Source: Chiloscyllium plagiosum (Eukaryota). From it: 64,000 nucleotides of DNA. Below, piece by piece: positions 14,304-27,299 of this stretch. The DNA lies in contig NC_057719.1 of the NCBI RefSeq assembly GCF_004010195.1, positions 6,614,517 through 6,678,516 on the forward strand, given 5' to 3'. Position numbers and translations under genes: made by a program. Every line of letters begins with the position of its first letter. Positions within the stretch are counted from its first letter, which is position 1. The notes under the pieces were generated by a model that ran no database searches, was not told the origin of the DNA, and saw only the letters and a list, made by a program, of their open reading frames with translations.

Positions 14304-14803
14304 GGGGCGGCATGGTGGCTCAGTGGTTAACACTGCTGCCTCATAGCACCAGAGTTACATAGAACATAGAACATAGAAGAATACAGCGCAGTACAGGCCC
14401 TTGGGCAGTATCCGACCATTAGCCCAGTACCCCATCTTTTTTTTATTCTTCCCAAAGTGAATCACCTCGCACTTAGCTACATTGAATTCCATCTGCCACC
14501 TTTCTGCCCAGCTCTGCAGCTTCTCTATATCCTAAATTTGCAGGTTCAAATTTTAGCCTCGGGCGACTGTCTGTGTGGAGTTTGCACATTCTCCCCGTGT
14601 CTGCGTGGGTTTCCTCCAGGTGCTCCGGTTTCCTCCCACAGTCCAAAGATGTTCCGGTCAGGTGAATTGGCCATTCTAAATTGCCCATAGTGTTGGGTGC
14701 ATTAGTTAGAGGGAAATGAGTCTGGGTGGGTTACTCTTCAGAGGGTCAGTGTGGACTTGTTGGGCCGAAGGGCCTGTTTGCACACTGTAGGTAATCTAAT
14801 CTA
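14304..14803 (+). mobile_element. HE1-type SINE interrupted by a CR1 fragment (about 14355-14540)
   Basis: Head GGGGCGGCATGGTGGCTCAGTGG, then an inverted CR1 tail (ACATAGA repeats), then the SINE resumes at GGTTCAAA. Confidence 0.85.
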
Positions 14804-15575
14804 AAATGCTTTGCAAGTGCATTGTCAGACAGGGGTTGACATTGAGCCATATAAAGAGCTATTGGGATAGGTCAGGATGGTGTGCGGTTTGGAGGGGTAC
14901 ATGCAGGCGACAGCGTTGCCATAAGTCTGCTGCTCTTACCTTCATGAGCTTGAACAGTCACGGGTTTTGTAAGTGTTGTTGAAAGAGTTGCTGCACTGCA
15001 TTTTACACTGTGCATTGGTGGGAGAGTTGATAATGAAACTATTGTAAAGGGTTAGAGATGCTCAGGGAAAAGAAGACACAGGTTGCATGTGGTTGTTCTG
15101 CTGCCCCAGCATGATTATTTATCCATTCAATAAGTGCTGGTTCTGTTGAAACAGCAGACTGTGAAATTTCATGTGAGAACATCAAGTTCTTGGTAACTGA
15201 ATGCAATACTCATTCCAGATTTGCAGTGGTGCCTTCCTAACAAGATGAAGACACATTCAGAATATAGAGATTATTTTAGTTCATCTGAACAGTAAGAAAT
15301 GCAAAGAGCAATTACTGTCGTGCTGCAATCAGTTTTATTGACTGCTGAAAATATTGCTTCTGTTTGTGAATCATCATTAACATAGAATTCTATCGAGTTC
15401 ACATGGCCGTTGAGGCACAATGATAATGTCCCTATCTCTGAGCCAGAAGATCGGAGTTCAGGTCCTGCCTGCTTCAGAAGTGTGTAACAACATTTCTGAA
15501 CAGGTTGATGAGAAAATAGAAACTGGTCATTCAGCTCAGCTGCTCATTGTCAGTATAAAGTTAAAAATCACACAA

Positions 15576-15610
15576 CACCTGATGAAGGAGCGTCGCTCCG
15601 AAAGCTAGTG
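15576..15610 (+). ncRNA. Minimal type I hammerhead ribozyme motif (family B)
   Basis: cac-CTGATGA-a-GGAGC(gtc)GCTCC-GAAA-GC-TA-gtg. All core nucleotides are present, stem II is perfect, stem I is cac/gtg, and helix III is the palindrome AGCT. Confidence 0.8.
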
Positions 15611-15839
15611 TGCTTCCAATTAAACCTGTTGGACTATAACCTGGTGTTGTGTGATTTTTAACTTTGTACACCAGTCCAACACCAGCATTTCCAAATCATT
15701 GTCAGTATAAATGCGCTGCACCAGCCTCCATCAAACCTGCTTCATTGATCAACTCCTTTCTCCCGCACATCCTTATCTATCTTTCCCCTAAGTGCATGCT
15801 TACAGTTCATCTGATCTGTTCCTGTTGCTATGGTATTCC

Positions 15840-16105
15840 ATCTAGAAGAACAAGGGCTGTAGATATGTGGGAACACCACAAATCCTCCATGCCACTCACC
15901 ATCCTGACTTGGAAATATATATCACCATTCCTTCACTGTCACTGGGTGAAAATCATGGTATACTCTCCCTGATGGCATCGTGGGTCAACCTATAACACAG
16001 TGGTTTAAGAAGGCAGCTCACCCCCACCTTCTCAAGGGCAACTCAGGACAAGTAATAAATGCTGGCCCAGCCAGCGATGCCCATAGTCCATGAGTGAATG
16101 AAGGA
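15840..16105 (+). mobile_element. LINE 3' end fragment (L2/CR1-group, second family)
   Basis: CACTCACCATCCTGACTTGG...AAGAAGGCAGCTCAC...AATAAATGCTGGCC. Also present at about 20720-20975 (+), 28185-28470 (-), 40885-41020 (-) and 49165-49680 (-). Confidence 0.6.
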
Positions 16106-16953
16106 AAAATGGTGGGTTAAGTGGAGACCTGTCAGAGCATAAGGAAGTGATGGGAGGGGAGTGCTGGGAGCCTGTTAAAGTGGGACAACTGCTGTTTTTA
16201 TTTTGTATTCATTCACAGGATGAAGGCGTTGCTGGCTAGACCAGCATTTATTGCCCATCCCTAATTGAGATTGAGAGTAAACCACATTGCTGTGGGTCTG
16301 GAGTCATGTGTAGGCCAGACCAGGTAAGGATGGCAGTTTCCTTCCCTAAAGGTCATTAGTGAACCAGATGGGGTTTTCTGACAATGGATTCACGGTCATC
16401 ATTAGTTTCTTAATTCAAGATTGTTACTGAATTCAAATTCCACCATCTACCGTGGCAGGTTTTGAACCCAGATCCCTGGAACATTACATCTGTCTCTGGA
16501 TTAACAGTCCAACAATAAGACCAGTAGGCCAACCCCTCCCCAGCGTAACTAGTCAGAGCTGTGTGGCAGCCATTGTTCCCTCAGGGTTTGTGACCATATC
16601 CGAGGTCCCGACACCCACTTTGGGAAGCCCTGCCCTAGACAGCCTTTGGGATCCTGATCAGTGTATATTCAGAATGACGGTCATTACATTGCTGGACAGC
16701 AAAGGAGATCAAGGCAAAAAGTGGGAACCGGAGATAGAGGTGTGGTCAACCACAATGGTACTGAATGGCTCAGCAGGGTGGCTAACTCGAGCCTACTTCT
16801 GACATTGTTCACATTGGGATGGACCCATTCTATGATCAGAAACTCCTCATATGGAGTAGATACATGACCACTGACAAGCTGAAGCACATTGCCATGGTAG
16901 CCAATACTCCAGCACCACTCTGTATTACACATACACAAAGGTCATCTACTTAC

Positions 16954-16988
16954 GTGTGATGAGTCCCATAGGCGATCTCCAACTTAGC
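16954..16988 (-). CDS. TDP1: TDP1 coding exon 5 (35 nt), contains the catalytic His of HKN motif 1
   Basis: cag|GCT...AC|gtaagt. Encodes AKLEIAYGTHH(T); human is AKLDIAFGTHHT. Confidence 0.95.
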
Positions 16989-19247
16989 CTGCAAACATTA
17001 AAAATGGCTCAGTTGCACATTTATCAAAATATTGACAAACAAGGCACAATACAACCATCTGAGCACCATTATCTGAAAAGTGTGCAGTTTAATATGAAGA
17101 ATGACAAGTCCCCTAACTTTGCAGAGTTTTTGCCGTGCCAAGCTTGGGAATATTCACCCGACAGGCTCGCTTAGCAACTACCGCTCTACCAACATCACAG
17201 AAACAGGTTACATAAACGAGCACAAGTTTGGGCACTGGTTGGCCATTTGGCCCATTGATCCTGCTCCAACATTTGTCAATATCGGATGAAGGCACCCTCA
17301 ACCCACCTTCCTCCCTTACACCACCCATACTCCGATTCCCTTGTTAGTTAAGGCTCTGTCTTGGAAATATTCAATGTTTCAGGTAGAGATCAATAGATTT
17401 CTAATTATCCCTGGCTTCCAGGACTACGGTGTGAGATAAATAAAAGACATTAAAGTATTTGATCAGCCATACTCATATTGAATGGTAGGGCAGGCTCGAT
17501 GGGCTGAACGGCCCACTCCTGTTCCTCTGTTCCCATCAGTCACGTTTTATATACAGCAGCTTTAATAGAATTAAAATATCCCAAAGTAGCCAGCAGATGT
17601 TATAGAATGTCTTGAAGGCAGATGACGAGTCAAAGAGGTTCAGGGAGGGAATTCCAGAGTTTTGGGAAGAGCTGCTGAAGATCCAATGGGGTAACATTTA
17701 TGATTGGGAACATAAAAGTGGTCATAACTAAAGAAGCACAAATATCTTAGACAATAAGACCGTAAGGAGCCGACCATTTGGCCCTTCTAGCTTGCTCCAC
17801 CACTCAATGGGATCATGGCTGATCCAACATTCCTTAAGTACACTTTCCTGCCTTATCTCCGTAACCCTTGATTCCCCGACTGATCAAGAATCTATCTTAA
17901 GAAAGAACTGCAGATGCTTGAAATCAGAAACAAAAACAGTAATTGCTGGAAAAGCCCAGTAGGTCTGGCAGCATCGGTGGAGAGAAAGCCGAGTTAAGGT
18001 GTTTGGGTTCAGTGACCCTTCTTCAGAATGCTATTTCAGAATCGATCTATGCCAGCCTTAAATATACACAAGGACTCTGCTCCCACAGCTCTCTGTGGTA
18101 AGGAGTTTTAAAACACTCTGAGAGAAGAAGTTCCTCCTTTCTGGTGCCCCTTTATTCCGAGGTCATGCCCTCTGTCCTGGATTGCCCCACGTGGGGAAAC
18201 AACCTCTCAGCAGTTACCCTGTCAGGCCCCTTCAGAATCCTATGTTTTAATTAGATGGTGGTGCAGAGGGTGGTGCATGTATGGAACAAGCTGCCAGAGG
18301 AGATGGTGGAGGCTGGCACAATTACAAAATTTAAAAGGCATCGGAATGGGTACATGAATAGGAAGGGTTTAGAGGCATAGGGGCCAAATGCTGGCAAATG
18401 GGACTAGACTAATTAGGATAACTAGTTGGCATGGACGATTTGCACCAAAGGGTCTGTTTCCGTTCTGTATAACTCTGATTCTAAATCACCTCTAACTTCT
18501 CTAAACTAACTGGGAGGGTTATGGGACAGAGGAGATTACACCGATGAAGCTATACGGGGATTTACAAAGAGGGATGAGAGTTTTAAAATCACACTTGACC
18601 GGGTGCCAAATTTGAGTCAGTGAGCATGGGGCGGCAGATGGTGGAATGGAGCAAGTTAAGACACGGACAGGAGAGTTTTGGGTAATGGAAGAGACATCCT
18701 CAGAAGGGTAGGACGTGTGAGATCAGTCACTGGAATGCATTGGAACACTCAAGCATACATTCACCAGAGTGGACACTCTTGTAGCTTCTCCAACCTCCTC
18801 TCATGACCCAGATACAGGCAGTTACAGATTCATAACAAACAGTAAAAATAAAAAAATTCAGGGAAGAGGTGAGGTTCCCCCTGCAGCGAGTGTTGAACTG
18901 TGGAATGCCCTGTCTGAAAGGGAGATTGATAAACTCCACAGCACATCAGGAAAAGACAGTGGGAGGGTAGGGGGGTTAGGACTGGTTTTTCCTCGATGCA
19001 TGGGGACCTCCTCCTGTGCTGTGCTATTTTAATGATTCACTTTCTTAAAATTTTTCTTGAAATATCTGTACAGTCAACATTTAAAGTAGTTGAAGAATTA
19101 GGGTGTAGCAAATATCAAGAAACTAAAACCATTCAATTTGCCCCAAACAGCTAGCACAGGCCCAAAGGAATAAACGGTCTCTTCCAGTGCTGTATGATTT
19201 TAAGACCTTGAACCATCGGTTAGGTTGCCCTTATTCAAAGGCTCCCC

Positions 19248-20390
19248 ACCACACACACACACTCACACAGGCATCCTCTCAGAGACTTAGACCACTCTAC
19301 ACACACACACACCCTCTCAGAGACTCTACACTCACTCACTCACACACACACACTCACACAAGCATCCTTTCAGAGACTGAGTACACTCTACACTCACACA
19401 CACACACTCACTCACTCACACAGGCATCCTCTCAGAGACTGAGACCACTCTACACTCTCTCTCTCACACACACACACACTCACTCACTCACNNNNNNNNN
19501 NNNNNNNNNNNNNNNNNNNNNNNNNNNNNNNNNNNNNNNNNNNNNNNNNNNNNNNNNNNNNNNNNNNNNNNNNNNNNNNNNNNNNNNNNNNNNNNNNNNN
19601 NNNNNNNNNNNNNNNNNNNNNNNNNNNNNNNNNNNNNNNNNNNNNNNNNNNNNNNNNNNNNNNNNNNNNNNNNNNNNNNNNNNNNNNNNNNNNNNNNNNN
19701 NNNNNNNNNNNNNNNNNNNNNNNNNNNNNNNNNNNNNNNNNNNNNNNNNCAGACACTCACAACCCCCACCCCATACACACACACACTCACACATGCACCC
19801 CCTGACGGACTTAAGACACTTACACTCACATACACATACATATACACTCTCTCTCACATTCACAACCCCCCAACCCAGACAGACAGACACACACACACAA
19901 AGACCCACATGCACACATATACATATACGTTTGTGGGGTGAATTTGTACTTGCAGAGTTACATTGTACTTTGCTCAAAAACTGCATGAATTCATGTAAAA
20001 CTCTGTTATCTCACTTCTTAGATTAGAATCAATCTAAACATCATGGCATAGACAGAGAACACAGGGGGCTAACACCTTCAACATATTAAGTAAAAACAAT
20101 AACTGCAGATGCTGGAAACCAGATTCTGGATTAGTGGTGCTGGAAAAGCACAGCAGTTCAGGCAGCATCCGAGGAGCAGTAAAATCGACGTTTCGGGCAA
20201 AAGCCCTTCAGGAATACCTTCAACATATTGTCTAGCTAACACCAATTGTTACAGTTAACCTGAGAATGCAACTTTTAAAAAAACGTTTTGTGATTTACAC
20301 ATGAAAGAAGTAAAACTATCATGGTATTCGAATAGATGAAAGACTCAACAGGCAATCAATGTATTTTTCAATGTATAATTTCAGTTTAAC
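19248..20390 (+). repeat. CA/CT-rich compound microsatellite region, probably the 3' region of a PLE, with a gap and a nested mini-element
   Basis: (CA)n interspersed with repeated GCATCCTCTCAGAGACT. The 3' end resembles the sequence that precedes the degenerate family B hammerhead at 40500-40620. Confidence 0.55.
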
Positions 20391-22117
20391 TTTGTAGAAA
20401 TAAATGACATTGCTGCAAACTGACATTCACATACAGGTAACAGTGCCCTCCAGTGGAAATATATGGACATTCAGAAAGGAAGATGGAAATTGACACAGCT
20501 GATAGATAGAAGTACTGAGAGGCGTTTTACTGGAATGCAGTGGTATAGTGTACCTGGACTTCGAGAATGCCCTTGAGACGTTACTGCAAAGCAGACAACT
20601 GAAGAATTTACTGAATGCAGGCTATGTATAATTCTAGAAAACCCTCAGTAAGGATATCTGCTCAAAATTAACATAAATGACTTTGGATTTGGCACCAACT
20701 CTAACACTCCCTCCATCACTGACGCTCAGTCGCAGCAGTGTGTGTTATCTACAAGATGCACTTCAGAAATTCACCATTCTGACTTGGGACTATATTGCCT
20801 TCCCTTCACTGTCATTGGATCAAAATCCTGGAAGTCCCTCCCTAAGTGCTTTGTGGGTCTATCTACAGCACATGGACTGCAGCGGTTCAGGAAGGCAGCC
20901 TAGTACCACCTTCCCAAGGGTAATTCAGGATGGCAACCAACAGCATCATCCACTGTGCAAGAATGAATAAAAAAAGATCAACAATAAAGGAACATGCAAA
21001 CTCCATACAGACAGTGGCCCGAGGTGGGAATCGAACCCGGGTCCCTGGTGCAGTGAGGCAGCAGTGCTAACCACTGAGCCACCGTGCCACCCCAGGTGAT
21101 GAGACTTAAATCAGGACAGGGGTGAAAAAGTGGATTAAAAGATGGGTAGAAATGAGAAGAGAGGGTAATTGAAACAATTCCCATAGATTGAGGAGTCAAA
21201 GACATGGTCTAAAAATTAGGGCGAGACTTTGTTGGAGTGAAATTAGGAAACACTCCTTCACACAGACTGAGCAGAAATCTGGGATGGTCGTCAGTACAGA
21301 ATGTTTACGACCATGGCTTTAAATTTCGGGTCTATGCTGGTGGGAGGGTGTTTGTACCTGACAGTAAACCCAGGTGGTTTGATTGTTAGAAGGAAAGGTT
21401 GGATTTTTTTAACTGATAAGAAAGTATTTGTGCTCGGAGGCAACAAAAGCTGTCTCTCAGTTTAGACTCCGAGTCTCCCACAGTCCCAGGAAGGTGCTAA
21501 AGGCACCAGGTTCTGATCTTTACTGATCACAATATAAAATGTAGAAATGATCACAGAATGAGCAATCACTGTTGTATAAATCGTTGCAATTGTTTCAAAG
21601 TCAGTATTCTTGCTCCAGCCCTGAGTGCAAGACCAAATGCTTTTGCAACACACCTCGCTCATCAGCGATTTCCGAGTTCTGTGTTGCCAAGTGATAAACT
21701 GGTGATTTTTCAGGGCATGAGCTTCAGTGACGTGTTTCCAACTGTCACAAACTCTGTAACCAGAGGGCACAGGTTTAAAGGTAAAACAGGGTGGTGCTAT
21801 ACAAATACCTTTCATCAGATGAAAGGTCCTACCCGACTCTCCTGCTCCTCGAATGCTGCCTGACCTGCTGCGTTTTATCCAGCGCCTCACTTTATTGACC
21901 CTGACTCTCCAGCATCTGCAGTCCTCACTATCTGCTAGACAAATACCAACATATACAGACTATACTAAACTACAGAGTAAATATAGGATGAACCACAGGA
22001 GACAGAAAAATCCCTTAATCTTACCTGATAGTCCTTATGGTTTAGTATGTACTCTAAGACTCCCTAACCTCACCTCATATGAAACTCATATGAGGCTCCT
22101 TTCAGTTTCTTCCTTAC

Positions 22118-22214
22118 CTGGCAGAGACGGATGTTGGGATACGGATGTGCATCCTCATGCAGTTCTGCTTTAGACTGACGTTGCTCTCCATGGACAATCA
22201 GTAAAGGCTTTGTC
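22118..22214 (-). CDS. TDP1: TDP1 coding exon 4 (97 nt)
   Basis: cag|G...CAG|gtaagg. Encodes (R)TKPLLIVHGEQRQSKAELHEDAHPYPNIRLCQ. Confidence 0.95.
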
Positions 22215-22289
22215 CTGAAATTCAGCAATTGGAAAGTGAAGATCAATGAAAAGTAACTTTTCCTACTTCATGACGTTTTACTCTTCAGC

Positions 22290-22565
22290 GCCAGCTTTGG
22301 CTCAGCGGACAATGACTTCTCACCCCTGGCTCAGCAGATCAGGGGTTCAAATCCAAGTCCAGATTCTAGAGTCCAAAACAACTATGTTGAGCCTCCCAGG
22401 GTGGATCAGACGAGGTGCTGCATTGTGTGATGTCCAGTGTTTCTGATGAGATACTCAACTCTGCTGACTGTAAAAGATCTCACGATTCTATCCTAAAAGA
22501 AAGCAGGGAAATTCTCCCCTGGCCAATAAGTATCCCTTGGGTAGCATCACTGATTATCTAGTCGT
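22290..22565 (+). mobile_element. Old tRNA-headed SINE (DeuSINE-like)
   Basis: TGGCTCAG A-box and GGTTCAAATCC B-box, followed by a GATGAGAT...GTAAAAGATC...GCAGGG central segment. Related decayed copies at about 40170-40430, 3340-3560 and 23780-24060. The family assignment is tentative. Confidence 0.45.
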
Positions 22566-25239
22566 ATGAACATCGAACTTAGGAGTTGGCCAACAGGCCC
22601 TGGAGCCTGGTCCAACACTTGTTACACTTCATTGGAGCAGTATGCTCGAAATTGAGACCCCATACTCCCAGAGTCAACACAAAATTAAACTTTTTATAAG
22701 ATTGCACAAATTTACCTAGCTTTTAAACTCAGGTTGATAGAAAGCTTGAACTAAGTTTGGATATTTAACAAGAATTACAAATTATTACAATAAAATTAGA
22801 TGGCAGGTTTTGAGAAGATTTGTAGCTCAGGTTGAGGTTCTGGATGTAGGTTTGCTCGCTGAGCTGGAAGGCTCATTTTCAGATATTTTGTCACCATACT
22901 AGGTAACATCTTCAGTGAAACCAGATTGGCTTCATCCAGAGGCTCACTGAAGATATTACCAAGTAGGGTGATGAAACATCTGAAAATGAACCTTCCAGCT
23001 CAGCGAGCAAACCTACATCCAAAAAATTAGATTCTAGCTATGATGTACCATTATGAACCACTGATGTCCAACTGTACTGTCTAACCACCACCACCACACC
23101 ATCCCCCCCTCCCCCGGCCTTATAAAAGTCTCCCTGTCTCACACACAGACGACACATTAAAAACTGGGCATTACAGGTGGAGGGAAAGACTGGGTTGGCA
23201 TTCAATAGTGCCTATCCACAGGAAATTTATCCTTTTAGCTTACTACTCTTTGATTTTCCTCCTCCACTTGTTCGCAGGGGGTGCAGGGAAATTGTTTCAC
23301 AACTAAAACATCGATGACTTATTGTTTAAAGGACACAACTTACAGCAACTGAAAGGGAAAATAAACTGGCTTTCAGGGTGAAGTGTTCTTACTTCAGAGT
23401 TAAGGACTGCTCCTTCCTTAAGGACAGCTCCAACAGCTTCTGACTGAATTTTCATGTCCACAACCTTTTCAGCTACCTGAGAGCTATTCACACAGTTTTT
23501 CATAGTATCCGTCCAGTGCAGCAGCAGGCCATTCAGCCTATCGAGATCACACCAACTTTCTGAAGAGCATCTCACCATTCCCACCCCCACCCTACCCTTA
23601 TAACCCTGGCCAGTTCCCATGGCCAAACCTACACGTCTTTGGACTGTGGGAGGAAACCCACGCAGACACGGGGAGAATGTGCAAACTCCACACAGACAGT
23701 CGTATGAGAGTGGAATTAAATCTGGGTCGATGGCGCTGTGAGGCAGCAGTGCTAACCTCTGAGCCAACGGGCTGCACCATTGTTGGTAGGCAGAAAGCCT
23801 TTGCCGTTTATTGTAGAGATACGCATGATCTAGAACTCCAAGAATAACTCCAATGTTCTTTTATTCTTTTAATCCATCTGAGGGCAAACAAGGCCTCACT
23901 TTCACATCTCATTTCGAAGATCACATGTCTGACAGTGCAGCACTCTCTCAGTACCTCTCAGAACTGCAACAACTTGTGCACATGAAGCAGTCAAAATGCT
24001 TACACCTGGCTGAAAAAAGATCACATACCACACTGCAATAAATCTTGTGCCCTGGCAATGCTGAGGTCTGTAAAGCAAACAAGATCATCGGGGAGAAAGT
24101 GAGGACTGCAGATGCTGGAGATCAGAGCTGAAAATGTGTTGCTGGAAAATGGAAAAGCGCAGCAGGTCAGGCAGCATCCAAGGAGCAGGAGAATCGACGT
24201 TTCAGGCATGAGTTCTTCTTCAGAAAACCTTTTCCAGCAACACATTTTCAGCTCAAACAAGATCATCGGACATCTACAAGGACGGCAGGCAGGCTCCATG
24301 ACGCCTGGCTGAGTATTTGTGAACACTGTAGCAATAGGCAGAGTTACAGCCCCTCAGGAAAAGTGCAGACACTCTGTAATCGTCGTTGGTTTAGTTGCCT
24401 CAACAGAAAGGCAATGGGTAGAAAGTGAGGACTGCAGATGCTGGAGATCAGAGTTGAGAGAGTGGTGCTGGAAAAGCGCAGCAGGTCAGGCAGCATCCGA
24501 GGAACAGGAGAATCAATGTTTCGGGCGTAAGCTCTCCTCCTCCTCCGATGCTGCCTGACCTGCTGTGCTTTTCAACACCACTCTCCCGACTCTGATCTCC
24601 AGCATTTGCAGTCCTCACTTTCTACTAGTTGATTTTAACCTGACTGTGAAGCCTCTTCTAAGGATGCCTACCTTAAAGAAATTCTCCTCCTCTTTCTACA
24701 AGGAAGGATCTTAGTGAGTCCCTCAGTCACTGCACATCACCCCCTCCCCCCAGGTCACCTTCTCTTCCCTGCAGCTTTTCAGCCGTATTCCTGATGAAGG
24801 GCTTGTGCCCGAAACATTGATTCTCCTGCTCCTCAGAAGCTGCCTGATCTGACGTGCTTTTCCAGAAAAGCAACGGGGGGTTTGTTATAGAACATAGAAC
24901 ATTACAGCACAGCACAGGCCCTTCGGCCCTCGATGTTGCACGACCTGTGAAACCAATCTGAAGCCCATCTAATCTACACTATTCCATTTTCATCCATGTG
25001 TCTATCCAATGACTATTTAAAAGCCCCTAAAGTTGGTGAGTCTACTACTGATTCCAGACGATGTTATTATGGTAGGTCAGAGCCTGAACTAAAGTCTGGC
25101 TTGAAAGATCATATTTTCACACCTGGCTTTTGACAAGGTAAGTCTTTTACTAAAACAGAAACACACAATGCTGCAGATTCAGTTTTAACAATAGATCAGA
25201 AATCCATTACACACAAGAAGGTTTGTGGTTCCTTGATGG

Positions 25240-26550
25240 TGGATAGAATAGTGAAGAAGACATTTGGTGTGCTTTCCTTTATTGGTCAGAGCTTCAAGTA
25301 TAGGAGATGGGAGGTCATGTTGCAGCTATTGGTCAGGCACTTTTGGAACATTGTGCGCAATTTTGGTCTCCTTCCTATCGGAAGGATGTTGTGAAACTTC
25401 AAAGACATTTAGAAGGATGTTGCCAGGGTTGGAGCGTTTGAGCTATAGGGAGAGGCTGAATAGGCTAGGACTATTTTCCCCGGAGCGCCAGAGACTGAAG
25501 GGTTACCTCATAGAGGTTTATAAAATCACGAAGGGAATGGACAGGGTAAACAGACAAGGTATTTTCCGATTTTTTTGGGGGGGGAGCGGGAGTGAGCACT
25601 CCAGAACTAGATGGCATAGGGTTAGGGTGAGAGGGGAAAAATTTTAAAGGGACCTAAGAGGCAACCTTTTCACACAGAGGGTGGTACATGAGTGGAATCA
25701 GCTGCCAGAGGAAGTGGTGGAGGCTGGTACAATTACAACATTTAAAAGACATCTGGATGGGTATTTGAATAGGAAGGGTTTAGAGGGATATGGGCCAAGC
25801 GCTGGCAAATGGGACTAGATTAGTTTAGGATATTGGTCGGCATGGATGAGTTGGACCAAAGGGTCTGTTCCCAAGCTGTACATCTCTATGATTCTATAAA
25901 TGAAAATCAATTCATCAATTGAAAAACTGAAAATGAATACAAAATGATCACATATAACACAAGTTTAAAAATGTTGAATCACACAATGGACCACAATCCC
26001 ATGAATCCCAACAGCACTCCTTTACAGTACTCATACCATAGATCATTTACTTCTCTGACATAGGAGGGTTCTTAGGGAGAGTTCAGAAGTGACTGACAAG
26101 GAATAGAGGGTGTGAGTTATCGGGAGAGGCTGGTTAGGTTGGGACGTTTTTCACTGGAGTAAAGGAGGTTGAGGAGTAACCTTATAGAAGTTTATAAAAG
26201 GGTATAGATAAATTGACTAACAAAGATCTTTCCACCAGTTTAGGAGAGTTCAGAAGTAGAGGGCATATTGTTAAGGTAAGGGGAGAAAGGTTTAAAGTAG
26301 AGCCGAGGGGCAAATCTCCATGCAGAGGGTGGTTCACATGTGGAATGAACTGCCAGAGGAAATGGTGGATGCAGGCACAGTTACAACATTTAAAAGACAT
26401 TTGGATAGGTCCATGAATAGGAAATGTTTAGAGGCATACGGGCCAAACACAGGCAAGTGGTACTGGTTTAGTTTGGGAAACTTGGTCCGCATGGATGAGT
26501 TGGACTGATGGTTCTGTTTCTTTGTATGACTCTATGAGTTTATGACTTAA
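25240..26550 (+). mobile_element. Two CR1 3' fragments
   Basis: LSYRERLNRLGLFS and QRVVH.WNELPEE motifs, with ATGACTCT-type tails. Confidence 0.85.
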
Positions 26551-27111
26551 CTCTGGCTTCAGAGAATCTGATCACTTCACAAAACTGAGTGCAGACATTC
26601 TCAACTTCAAATAACCCCTTCAACGTTTAAACCAAACAGCATTGGTTTGGAAATTAAAACTAAACTCCTTAGACTGAACTCCTTGCTTTGATATAACTTA
26701 TATCTCAAGAGCTCGAAACTATCTCCCTTCTTTAGAAGCAATTGTTTGACACATTCAGCTTCAACCAAGACTTGTGAAAAACTGTAACTGAAACCCAAAA
26801 GTTATTTTCAAATACGGTGTCTCCTCTCATGAAAAGGAAAAAAAAAATCTATAACTTTTAAACTGAAAGCTTAATGCAAAACTGTTCACTTTGTTCACTC
26901 TTAAAAGCTCTCTCAAAGTAAACAAATTCCATAAGCCCATAAGAATTCTCTTTGCCTGATTTTTTTAAAAAGAAATCACCATGCCAACAAAATACTTAGA
27001 AGTTAATTACCAAATCCTTTCCAAAACAAGGAGACAAAAAGAACACATGTCACTAGCTCAAATCCAAGCTTGAATTAAGATAAATCACAGAGCTTGCACC
27101 ACAGGACTCAC

Positions 27112-27167
27112 CTGAATTCTTCAGGGTACTGCTTTACCAGCCAAGGAATGTCAATGCAGTAATTAAA
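27112..27167 (-). CDS. TDP1: TDP1 coding exon 3 (56 nt)
   Basis: cag|TTT...AG|gtgagt. Encodes FNYCIDIPWLVKQYPEEF(R); human is FNYCFDVDWLVKQYPPEFR. Confidence 0.95.
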
Positions 27168-27299
27168 CTGAAATGTAAAAAACATTCATTTTTGATATTA
27201 GTTCTCCAGTTAGAAAAAGAGTCCTTCTGTGTAGTAGCAGCCTGGTGTAACAGGCAAGTCTGGGACAGAGATACTCAGCAACAAGATCAAAAATTTACA